A stretch of DNA of 64,000 bases from Ignavibacteria bacterium (GTDB lineage Bacteria; Bacteroidota; Ignavibacteria; UBA10030; SZUA-254). Below the pieces are notes generated by a model. That model did no database searches and was not told the DNA's origin. It saw only the letters and a program-made list of their open reading frames with translations. The position numbers and the translations under genes are program-made. Positions 9,996-18,640 of this stretch are shown here, one piece after another (the stretch's first letter is position 1; each line of letters opens with the position of its first letter). Where the stretch lies: assembly GCA_016178595.1 (NCBI GenBank), contig JACOSY010000014.1, positions 4,256-68,255 of the forward strand. Direction: 5' to 3'.

Positions 9996-10145
9996 ATGAT
10001 TGAACAGACAATTTCACACTACGAACTCACCCTGTGGTCCCTCTCTAAAATTAGAGAGGGACGAAATGGCTTCGCCAGCGCCTCCCCTTCTCTAAGTTTA
10101 GAGAAGGGGAATGAGGGGATGAGTTCCGACGAAAGGACAGCATGA
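9996..10145 (+). CDS. Mini-ORF of 49 aa (MIEQTISHYELTLW...ERTA) copying the kinase start and carrying a cloverleaf palindrome
   Basis: SD-like GAGGT upstream; open frame; its TGA overlaps the kinase ATG at 10142 (ATGA). Confidence 0.5.
   Translation: MIEQTISHYELTLWSLSKIREGRNGFASASPSLSLEKGNEGMSSDERTA
10023..10126. repeat. REP-like multi-hairpin palindromic element, copy 1
   Basis: Outer GAACTCA...TGAGTTC; inner GTCCCTCTCTAA/TTAGAGAGGGAC and TCCCCTTCTCTAA/TTAGAGAAGGGGA; homologous copy at 25045-25177. Confidence 0.85.
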
Positions 10146-12835
10146 TCGGTCAGACTATCTCCCACTATAAGATCCTCGAGAAGCTCGGCGAGGGCGGAAT
10201 GGGCATCGTCTACAAAGCCGAGGACACCAAACTTGATCGCATGGTTGCACTCAAGTTCCTCCCATCTCATCTCGCTGCATCGGAACAGGATAAAGCTCGC
10301 TTCATTCAAGAAGCGAAAGCAGCGGCTGCTCTGAACCATCCCAATGTATGCTCCATCATTGACATCCAGGAACATGATGGACAGATGTTCATCGTGATGG
10401 AGTTTGTGGACGGACAAACACTGAGAGAGAAAAAGGAGGCGATCAGCTTCAAGCAAGCAATCGATATTGGTATCCAGATTGCAGACGGTTTGGCTGCCGC
10501 TCATGAAAAAGGCATTGTCCACAGGGACATCAAACCGGAAAACATTATGGTGCGTAGAGATGGGATTTGCCAGGTCATGGATTTTGGTCTGGCAAAACTC
10601 CGGAATGCTTCGAGCAAAATTAACCGGTTGACAAAGGAAGGTAGCACGGTTGGAACTGCCGGTTACATGTCACCCGAGCAGGTGCAGGGACAGGATACTG
10701 ATCATCGATCGGATATTTTTTCTCTCGGTGTGCTGCTGTATGAGTTATTTACAGGTCAGCTTCCCTTCAAAGGAGTTCATGAAACGGCACTCTTGTACGA
10801 GATTGTGAATGTCGATGCGCCACCGATGTCTGCCGTTAAGCCGGAGATTGATCCGAGTCTGGACGCAATTGTTCTCGAATGTTTGGCAAAAGAACCGAGT
10901 GAGCGGTACCAATCAGTGGCAGAAGTAGGAAAAGAACTGCGAAGATTCAAACGTGAATCAAGCCGCTCACGCGTGAGCCGCGTGACCTCAGTTCGTGATG
11001 TGTACAAAAGCTCAACCGGAAATGTTCAAACTCCTTCTCCACAATTTTCCATATCGGAACCTTTGCCCGAGAAAAAATCGCGTTTGATCATCTGGTTATC
11101 GACAACAATACTCTTTGTTCTTTCGACTGCAGCATTGGCTTTTTTGTATTTGCGGGAATCTTCAAAAGAAATAAGCCCTGTTCGCTTTACCCTCTCGCCT
11201 CCGGCGAAAGGCGTCTTTGAAGGTTATGCGCCGGTCATCTCGCCCAGCGGACAGCTGCTCGCATTTGTTGCGAGGGATTCTTCCGGCAAGTCGATGATAT
11301 GGATTCGTCCCCTTGCGTTTCTTCGTTCTGAACCTCTTCCGGGAACCGATAATGCGACGTATCCTTTTTGGTCTCCCGATAGCCGCTTTCTCGGCTTCTT
11401 CCAAGGTGGCAAGCTGAAGAAGATCGAGGTCAATGGCGGGCCGGCACAAACTGTTGCCGATGCACCGGATGGCAGAGGCGGTTCGTGGAGCAACTCAGGG
11501 ATAATTATTTTTGCGCCGAGTTATGGAACCGGACTTGTCCAGGTTCCGGAATCAGGCGGCAAGCTAATAGAATTGACAACTCTTGACACGTCTCGCAGAG
11601 AAGAAACTCATCGCTTTCCTAATTTTTTGCCTGACGGTCAGCATTTTACCTATCTCAGTCGCAGTACTGAAGACGAAAAAACAGGTGCCTATCTCGGTTC
11701 ACTCGACGGAAAAGTCCATACGTTGCTTCTTCCTAATAAGTCCAACGTCATGTTTGCTGCCCCTGGCTATTTGCTCTTCATACGGGAGAGATCGCTCATG
11801 GCACAACCATTCAATGCAGACAAGGGTGAATTCCGAGGCGACGCGTTTCCGATTGCTCAGGACGTGGGAAGCAACACGCGCGGCAACGGCTTTTTTTCGT
11901 CTTCGGCAAATGGTGTCCTTGTTTTTGTCGGCGGTGGAGGGGCGAGCGGTGAGAGACAATTTGCGTGGTATGATCGTACCGGAAAGCGTCTTGAGAAAGT
12001 GGGCTCGCCCGGAAATCTCGGTGATATGGCACTCTCTCCGGATGAAAAGCGCGTCGTGTTTCGCCGCATCGATCCACAAACCAGCAATCAAGATCTCTGG
12101 ATTCTTGATCTCCTGCGCCGCACCGAGTCCCGGTTTACATTTCGTCCTGCCACGGACGACGATCCGGTATGGTCTCCTGACGGCAGCAAAATTGTTTTTG
12201 ATTCGAACCCTGATGGAGTACCGAATCCGTTCGAAAAGATAGCCACAGGAGCAGGAACTGAACAGCTCCTCTGGAAATTTTCCAGCTCTACCATTCCATA
12301 CGATTGGTCTTCAGACGGACGCTACATTCTTCTAAGACAAGAAAATCGCGATACAAAGAGTGATTTATGGGCTTTACCTCTCTTCGGGGAAAAGAAACCC
12401 TTCCCTGTTCTCCAAACGGAAGCTTCAGAAGATGTTGGGCGCTTCTCTCCCGATGGACGGTGGATTGCCTATGAGTCGGATGAGTCCGGGAAATCTGAGG
12501 TGTACATTCAGGCATTTCCTGCAAGTCAGGGGAAATGGCAGGTGTCAGTCAATGGTGGTGGGGCGCCGCTGTGGAGCAAAGATGGTAAGGAAATCTTTTA
12601 CCTTGCACCGGATAAGAGATTGATGGTCGTCGATGTCAAGCTCCTGGGTACCTCGATCGAACAAGGAATTCCTAAACCACTCTTTGATACTTTTGTTGAT
12701 AATTATGATGCACCCAACCGTTATGCCGTTTCCAGAGATGGGAAGCGGTTTCTTGTCAATAACTCGACCGATAGTGACAGCTCAAAACCAATTATGGTAG
12801 TGTTGAACTGGACGGCGGAGGTAACGAAGAAATGA
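10142..12835 (+). CDS. Ser/Thr protein kinase with TM helix and PD40/TolB-like beta-propellers
   Basis: GEGGMG, VALK, HRDIKPEN, DFG, SPE; repeated WSPDG/FSPDG. Confidence 0.95.
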   Translation: MIGQTISHYKILEKLGEGGMGIVYKAEDTKLDRMVALKFLPSHLAASEQDKARFIQEAKAAAALNHPNVCSIIDIQEHDGQMFIVMEFVDGQTLREKKEAISFKQAIDIGIQIADGLAAAHEKGIVHRDIKPENIMVRRDGICQVMDFGLAKLRNASSKINRLTKEGSTVGTAGYMSPEQVQGQDTDHRSDIFSLGVLLYELFTGQLPFKGVHETALLYEIVNVDAPPMSAVKPEIDPSLDAIVLECLAKEPSERYQSVAEVGKELRRFKRESSRSRVSRVTSVRDVYKSSTGNVQTPSPQFSISEPLPEKKSRLIIWLSTTILFVLSTAALAFLYLRESSKEISPVRFTLSPPAKGVFEGYAPVISPSGQLLAFVARDSSGKSMIWIRPLAFLRSEPLPGTDNATYPFWSPDSRFLGFFQGGKLKKIEVNGGPAQTVADAPDGRGGSWSNSGIIIFAPSYGTGLVQVPESGGKLIELTTLDTSRREETHRFPNFLPDGQHFTYLSRSTEDEKTGAYLGSLDGKVHTLLLPNKSNVMFAAPGYLLFIRERSLMAQPFNADKGEFRGDAFPIAQDVGSNTRGNGFFSSSANGVLVFVGGGGASGERQFAWYDRTGKRLEKVGSPGNLGDMALSPDEKRVVFRRIDPQTSNQDLWILDLLRRTESRFTFRPATDDDPVWSPDGSKIVFDSNPDGVPNPFEKIATGAGTEQLLWKFSSSTIPYDWSSDGRYILLRQENRDTKSDLWALPLFGEKKPFPVLQTEASEDVGRFSPDGRWIAYESDESGKSEVYIQAFPASQGKWQVSVNGGGAPLWSKDGKEIFYLAPDKRLMVVDVKLLGTSIEQGIPKPLFDTFVDNYDAPNRYAVSRDGKRFLVNNSTDSDSSKPIMVVLNWTAEVTKK

Positions 12836-12936
12836 TCGGTCAAATCCCAAAACTGCCCGCGAGTGTTCTTCAACGAGTGGCTACAGTTTTGCGGATCCCG
12901 ACGTTTTTTGTCGGGACCCATGGGAGTTCTTTATGA
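12832..12936 (+). CDS. Bridging mini-ORF of 34 aa (MIGQIPKLPASVLQRVATVLRIPTFFVGTHGSSL) / structured element
   Basis: ATGA overlaps at both ends; two hairpins; homologous to 17733-17828. Confidence 0.5.
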   Translation: MIGQIPKLPASVLQRVATVLRIPTFFVGTHGSSL

Positions 12937-15305
12937 TAGGACAAACAATATCCCACTATAAGATCCTCGAGAAGCTCGGCGAGGGCGGGATGGGCATCGT
13001 CTACAAAGCCCAGGATACCAAGCTTGATCGTATTGTCGCGCTAAAGTTTCTTCCTCACAATCTCACCGCGAACGAAGCGGAAAAATCCCGCTTTGTACAA
13101 GAGGCACGGGCTGCAGCCATCCTCAACCATCCGCACGTCTGTACTATTTATCGTATCGATGAATATAACGGTCAACAATTCATTGAGATGGAATATGTCG
13201 ATGGTGAAACCCTGCGGCGGAAAGTTCCGATCCAAAAGATTGAGGAAGCGTTACGCTGTGCGATTCAGATCGGAGAAGCGTTGCAAGAAGCCCACAGCAA
13301 AGGGATCGTTCACCGCGACATCAAGTGCGAAAACATTATGGTGAACTCGAAGAACCAGATTAAAGTAATGGACTTCGGTCTCGCGAAACTCAAAGGCTCT
13401 ATGAAACTGACACGGACCTCAAGCACGGTCGGTACGCTCGCCTACATGGCGCCGGAACAAATCCAAGGCGGAGAGGTGGATGCACGGTCCGATATCTTTT
13501 CGTATGGCGTTGTTATCTTTGAAATGTTCACAGGGCACACGCCGTTCCGTGGAGAGCACGAGGCGTCGATGATGTATTCCATAATGAACGAAGATCCTGA
13601 ACAACTCGTGAAGTACAGACCCGAACTATCGACCGATATCCAGCGCATTATTAACCGCGCATTGGAAAAAGATCCGGAAGATCGGTATCAACATGCCGAT
13701 GATATGGTGAGTGAATTGCGTCGTGTTCAAAAACAATCGGGGCGCGTAACACGAACAATGCAGATTGAGTCGTCTCCAACGATGCCGGCAACGACAAAGG
13801 ATCAACAAAGTGATCGCGAAAGCGTTCCGCGACTGAAATCAAAGATAAAACTTATTATCGGAATGATCTCGGTAGCGGTGATCATCGGTGTCGCTGCGCT
13901 GTATTTTCTGTTCAACAAGCAGAAGGCAATAGATTCCTTAGCTATTCTGCCATTTGAAGATGTTAGTGCAGCACCTGAACAAGAGTATCTTGCCGATGGC
14001 GTGACGGAAAGTATCATCAACAATCTTACGAAGATCTCTTCACTGAGAGTTGTTCCCCGCAGTACGGTCTTTCGTTTCAAAGGGAAGGATATGGATCTTC
14101 AGGATATCGGTTCAAAGCTCAAAGTCAATGCAATATTGACGGGAAGAATCACACACAGAGGTCAGTCGCTTGAAGTTCAAGTCGACCTGATCGATGTTGA
14201 TCGTCAATCGCAATTGTGGGGTAATCGTTATGTATCGACTGCAAGCGATTTGCTGACACTCCAGGAGAGCATTACAAAAGATGTTTCATCGAAACTCGGA
14301 ATTGGGTTTTCCTCGGAAACTCAAGAAAAACTTGCGAAGCGCTACACGGACAACACACAGGCGTATCAACTATACATGCAAGGGCGTTACTACTGGAATA
14401 AACGCACTGCGGCGGCACTCGAACGTGCCATTAGTTATTTCAATCAAGCCATTGCGCTCGACTCTACCTTTGCTCTTGCGTATAGTGGATTAGCCGATAG
14501 CTACATCATTCAGTCACAGTACGCCGGGATACCCACAGGCATTACTCTTCCATTGACGCAAAGGGCTGTACGGCGAGCGTTGGAACTGGACAATTCTCTT
14601 GCCGAGGCGCATACAACGCTTGCGTTCAGTTATTTTGAGCAGTGGAAGTATGAGGATGCGGAGCGCGAGTTCAAACAATCCATCGCGTTGAACCCCCGGT
14701 ATGCGACAACATATCACTGGTATGGCATTATGCTCGGCAGAACCGGCAATCCCGATCGCTATCTTGCCGTTATCAAGCAAGCACTAGAGATTGATCCGTA
14801 CTCCCCTATCATCACGCTCAATATGGGGGTGGCAAATTTGCTTTTGAAACAGTATGACGAAGCGTTGAGCTATTTCAAAAAGTGTGTGGAGATTGATCCC
14901 TCCTTTGCCGTTGGATACGGCTGGATGGGACTTACGTATGAACGAATGAAAAACTATCGTGACGCGCTATCACCGCTGCAAAAAGCCGTTGAGTTATCCG
15001 GTCGCTCGAGTGAATGCTTATCATATATCGGGTATTTTTATGGACGTGTCGGAAAAAGAGATGAGGCGCTCAAGCTTATCAAGGAAAATGAGGATCGCTA
15101 TCACGCAGGCACCGGCGCCGCCTATAGCATCGCTCGCATCTATGCAGGATTGGGTGAGAAGGAAAAGGTTCTGGAATTATTGGAGCAAGACTACCGCGAT
15201 CATAGTACATGGATTAATTCTCTCGGCAGCGATTACGTGTGGGATGATGTCCGCAGCGATCCCCGGTTTGTTGAGTTGACGAAGAAGGTAGGTTTGGTGA
15301 AATGA
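12933..15305 (+). CDS. Ser/Thr protein kinase with TolB-N-like domain and TPR repeats
   Basis: HRDIKCEN, DFG, APE; TM helix; SLAILPF...YLADGVTE; TPRs. Confidence 0.95.
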   Translation: MIGQTISHYKILEKLGEGGMGIVYKAQDTKLDRIVALKFLPHNLTANEAEKSRFVQEARAAAILNHPHVCTIYRIDEYNGQQFIEMEYVDGETLRRKVPIQKIEEALRCAIQIGEALQEAHSKGIVHRDIKCENIMVNSKNQIKVMDFGLAKLKGSMKLTRTSSTVGTLAYMAPEQIQGGEVDARSDIFSYGVVIFEMFTGHTPFRGEHEASMMYSIMNEDPEQLVKYRPELSTDIQRIINRALEKDPEDRYQHADDMVSELRRVQKQSGRVTRTMQIESSPTMPATTKDQQSDRESVPRLKSKIKLIIGMISVAVIIGVAALYFLFNKQKAIDSLAILPFEDVSAAPEQEYLADGVTESIINNLTKISSLRVVPRSTVFRFKGKDMDLQDIGSKLKVNAILTGRITHRGQSLEVQVDLIDVDRQSQLWGNRYVSTASDLLTLQESITKDVSSKLGIGFSSETQEKLAKRYTDNTQAYQLYMQGRYYWNKRTAAALERAISYFNQAIALDSTFALAYSGLADSYIIQSQYAGIPTGITLPLTQRAVRRALELDNSLAEAHTTLAFSYFEQWKYEDAEREFKQSIALNPRYATTYHWYGIMLGRTGNPDRYLAVIKQALEIDPYSPIITLNMGVANLLLKQYDEALSYFKKCVEIDPSFAVGYGWMGLTYERMKNYRDALSPLQKAVELSGRSSECLSYIGYFYGRVGKRDEALKLIKENEDRYHAGTGAAYSIARIYAGLGEKEKVLELLEQDYRDHSTWINSLGSDYVWDDVRSDPRFVELTKKVGLVK

Positions 15306-15400
15306 TCGGACAGATAATTTTTAAATTGACTCATTGTCCCATTGATTCATTTATCCAATGTGTTCAATGAGCAAATGAGAAAATGAAAACATTATCATGA
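15302..15400 (+). other. Chain of four ATGA-overlapped micro-ORFs within an 8-nt-periodic inverted repeat
   Basis: 15302-15370 MIGQIIFKLTHCPIDSFIQCVQ*, 15367-15378 MSK*, 15375-15386 MRK*, 15383-15400 MKTLS*, then kinase ATG 15397. Confidence 0.55.
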
Positions 15401-17736
15401 TCGGTCAAACGATATCACATTACAAGATTCTCGAAAAGCTCGGCGAAGGCGGGATGGGCATCGTGTACAAAGCCCACGATGAAAAACTTGATCGCATGGT
15501 TGCCCTGAAGTTTCTCCCTGCGACTGTCGTCTCATCGCAGGACGAGGCTGTGCGTTTCGAGCGGGAGGCAAAGGCAATCTCCGCTCTCAATCATCCCGGC
15601 ATTGCTACTATCCATGACATTGATGAAACCGACGGGAAGAAATTTCTCGTTTTGGAGTACATCTCCGGGGGCACGCTGAAATCAAAACTCAAAAAGCTTA
15701 AGTCTGATGATAAAGAGTTTACGGTTGCGGAGGTGATCGACTACGGCATCCAGATGGCTGAAGGACTGGGCCACGCCCACAGGCATCAGATCGTCCATCG
15801 CGATGTCAAGAGCGACAACGTGATGCTGACCGAAGAAGGCAAAGTGAAAATCACCGACTTCGGTCTGGCGAAACTCCGGAGCACAACGCATCTGACAAGG
15901 ACAGGCAGTACGATCGGCACACTTGCGTACATGGCACCTGAGCAATTGCGGGGCGAGGAAATCGATCATCGTGCCGACTTGTTTTCACTCGGTGTTGTCC
16001 TCTACGAAATGGCAACTTCGCGTCTTCCCTTCCGGGGCGAGCATGAAGCGGCGTTGACGTATTCGATTGCGAATGAGGATCCGGCTCCTGTGAAGTCACT
16101 TCGGCCGAATCTGCCGCCGGTGCTGGAACAGGTCATCACGAAATGTCTGCAGAAGGACAGAGCACTTCGCTACCAGAGCGCAGATGAGATTGTTGCTGAC
16201 TTGCGCACATTGCAGCACGAAACGACAGGCACGGTGAAAACCGTCGTCGTGAAGCAACAATCGAAACTTCAATGGATGATTGCGTCGGCGCTTGTAGTGG
16301 TTGTCGCTGTCGCACTCTATCTCCTCATGCCATCATCACATCCCACATCGACAAATAGTAAAACGATCGCCGTTCTGCCGTTTGTCAATATGAGCGGCGA
16401 CCCGCAGGACGAGTATTTCAGTGATGGAATGACGGAAGACATTCTGACACAACTTTCCAAGATCGCCGATTTGAAAGTTATCTCCCGCACCTCGGTGATG
16501 AAATATAAACATACAGAGAAATCAATACGGGAGATCGGGAATGATCTCAATGCCGGCGTAGTGCTTGAAGGGAGCGTGCGACGAGCTGAAAATCAAATAC
16601 GCATCACTGCGCAGTTGATCGACGCCAGCACTGATGAGCACCTCTGGGCAGAAAGCTACGACAAGGAGTTCAAACAGATTTTCGCGGTCCAGAGTGATGT
16701 CGCACAACGGGTTGCAGATGCGCTCAAGATTCAATTGATGGGTGACGAAAAGCGATCGGTCGAAAAAGAGGCAACGCAGAACCTCGAAGCCTATAATCTC
16801 TATCTTAAAGGACGCTACTTCCTGGGCAAGAGGACCGAAGACGGGCTGAAGAAGGCGATAGAATTTTTCCAACAAGCGGTCGAGAAAGATACTGCGTACG
16901 CAATTGCTTATGCCGGACTCGCAGATTCGTATACCCTGCTTGCGCTGCTGGAATTTCTTCCTCCTCGAGAGGCATTTCCGAAAGCAAAAGCTGCTGCCGA
17001 AAAAGCAATTATGATTGATCCATCGATCGCAGAGGCGCACGCTTCATTAGGGGTCGTGAGATTTCAGTACGATTGGGATTGGCCCGCGGCTGAACAAGAA
17101 TATACTCGCGCAATTGCACTGAAGAAAAATTATGGAACAGCACACCACTACTATGCCGACTTTCTGAAAGGTATGGGTCGCTTCGATCAAGCACTCTCCG
17201 AAATTAAGAAAGCCCAGGAGCTCGATCCACTCTCGCTGGCAATTAACACCGGCCTCGGTCACGTCCTCTATTTGTCCCGGCACTACGATCAAGCGATCGA
17301 GCAATATCGACGAACCCTGGAAATGGATCCCAATTTCCTGCAGGCAAGGCTCTGGTTTGGCAGACCCTATCTGCAAAAGAAGATGTACAAAGAAGCGATT
17401 TCTGAATTACAGGCGGCTGTACAACTGTCTGGCAACAGTACAATCGCATGTGCCATGCTCGGACACGCGTACGCTGCTGCGGGAAACAAAAAAGAAGCTT
17501 TGAAAATGCTCGATGAGTTGACAAAAAGATCCGAGCATCAGTATGTTCCCTCATATTGGATTGGAATGATCTACATTGGCTTCGGCGATAAGGACAAAGC
17601 CTTTGCCTGGCTTGATAAGGCATACGATGAGCGATCTGCCTGGTTGGCGTGGCTCAAAGTGGAGCCGAGATTTGATACTTTGCGCTCAGACCAGCGCTTC
17701 ACGACACTTTTAAAGAAGATGGGACTGGAACAATGA
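15397..17736 (+). CDS. Ser/Thr protein kinase with TolB-N-like domain and TPR repeats
   Basis: HRDVKSDN, DFG, APE; TM helix; IAVLPFVNMS...YFSDGMTEDI; TPRs. Confidence 0.95.
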   Translation: MIGQTISHYKILEKLGEGGMGIVYKAHDEKLDRMVALKFLPATVVSSQDEAVRFEREAKAISALNHPGIATIHDIDETDGKKFLVLEYISGGTLKSKLKKLKSDDKEFTVAEVIDYGIQMAEGLGHAHRHQIVHRDVKSDNVMLTEEGKVKITDFGLAKLRSTTHLTRTGSTIGTLAYMAPEQLRGEEIDHRADLFSLGVVLYEMATSRLPFRGEHEAALTYSIANEDPAPVKSLRPNLPPVLEQVITKCLQKDRALRYQSADEIVADLRTLQHETTGTVKTVVVKQQSKLQWMIASALVVVVAVALYLLMPSSHPTSTNSKTIAVLPFVNMSGDPQDEYFSDGMTEDILTQLSKIADLKVISRTSVMKYKHTEKSIREIGNDLNAGVVLEGSVRRAENQIRITAQLIDASTDEHLWAESYDKEFKQIFAVQSDVAQRVADALKIQLMGDEKRSVEKEATQNLEAYNLYLKGRYFLGKRTEDGLKKAIEFFQQAVEKDTAYAIAYAGLADSYTLLALLEFLPPREAFPKAKAAAEKAIMIDPSIAEAHASLGVVRFQYDWDWPAAEQEYTRAIALKKNYGTAHHYYADFLKGMGRFDQALSEIKKAQELDPLSLAINTGLGHVLYLSRHYDQAIEQYRRTLEMDPNFLQARLWFGRPYLQKKMYKEAISELQAAVQLSGNSTIACAMLGHAYAAAGNKKEALKMLDELTKRSEHQYVPSYWIGMIYIGFGDKDKAFAWLDKAYDERSAWLAWLKVEPRFDTLRSDQRFTTLLKKMGLEQ

Positions 17737-17828
17737 TCGGATAAATTCCAAAACTCCCCACGAACGAAGTGAGTGGATGGAGTTTTGAGAATCCCGCTGT
17801 TCTTTAGCGGGACCTAATGGAGACTTGA
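17733..17828 (+). repeat. Second, degenerate copy of the MIGQIPKLP structured element
   Basis: ATGATCGGATAAATTCCAAAACTCC...GGAGTTTTG...TCCCGCT/AGCGGGA; contains in-frame stops. Confidence 0.7.
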
Positions 17829-17938
17829 TGATCGGACAAATAATTTCACACATACCCTCACCCTATAATCCCTCTCCCAAATTGGGAGAGGGATGTCACG
17901 AAGTGACAGGGAGAGGGTCAACAAGGGCAAGGCTATGA
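17828..17938 (+). CDS. Mini-ORF of 36 aa (MIGQIISHIPSPYNPSPKLGEG...ARL) carrying a CCCTCTCCC/GGGAGAGGG palindrome (17854-17918)
   Basis: TGATG overlap upstream and ATGA overlap with 17935; three-stem palindrome. Confidence 0.5.
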   Translation: MIGQIISHIPSPYNPSPKLGEGCHEVTGRGSTRARL

Positions 17939-18236
17939 TTGGGACGACCGTTTCTCACTACAAGATACTTGAGAAGCTGGATGAGGCGCCATGGGCGTAG
18001 TCTACAAAGCCGAAAACACCAAGCTCGATTGGATTGTTGCCATCAAGTTTTTTTCTAAGCGACTTTCCGCCCACGGAGAGAAGCATGAGTTGCTTGATTT
18101 TGACGCTCATGGCCGGGTGACCCTCACTGATGTGACTGCAGATGGCAGTCGGTTCTTGATTTCCAACTCTCCTGCCGGACTGGTTCAACCGATCACGATG
18201 GTGACAAATTGGGACAAGGAGTTGAAGAAGAAATGA
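17935..18236 (+). pseudogene. Internally deleted, frameshifted kinase-PD40 gene
   Basis: MIGTTVSHYKILEKL, frameshift, MGVVYKAENTKLDWIVAIKF, then joined to DVTADGSRFLI...PITMVTNWDKELKKK, which matches the C terminus of 10142-12835. Confidence 0.85.
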
Positions 18237-18246
18237 GGAACGTGCT

Positions 18247-18594
18247 ATGATGCATTTCGGACAAACATTGTCAACGATCGTCGAACAGTCGGAACGACTA
18301 AAGGAAGTCTACAAGACCAGCTTGCATCCCGGCGATTGTCTCGTCGTCAAGACGTGCAATTCGGTCTACACTATTCGGGCATTGGAGGACGGTTCTTTTA
18401 CTGCTTCAGGCGGTTGGTTCGATCGCAAGGGCAAGTCCCCGATGAAAGTACGGATCAATGGATGTACGTGGGGTGGAAGTGCCATCAAAATCAATATCGC
18501 GGCGGCAGCGGGATTATGTTTGGAGTTTGGCAACAGGGTCAGGACGAGCCCCATCCGGCATATTGTGATATTTCCAAACGGAAGCATTAATTGA
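18247..18594 (+). CDS. Hypothetical protein
   Basis: 115-aa ORF with globular composition; GAGGA SD upstream. Confidence 0.7.
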   Translation: MMHFGQTLSTIVEQSERLKEVYKTSLHPGDCLVVKTCNSVYTIRALEDGSFTASGGWFDRKGKSPMKVRINGCTWGGSAIKINIAAAAGLCLEFGNRVRTSPIRHIVIFPNGSIN

Positions 18595-18640
18595 TTGCAT
18601 CGCCAAGATTGGATGAACACCGGGGGGCGGAAGTTCTGCG

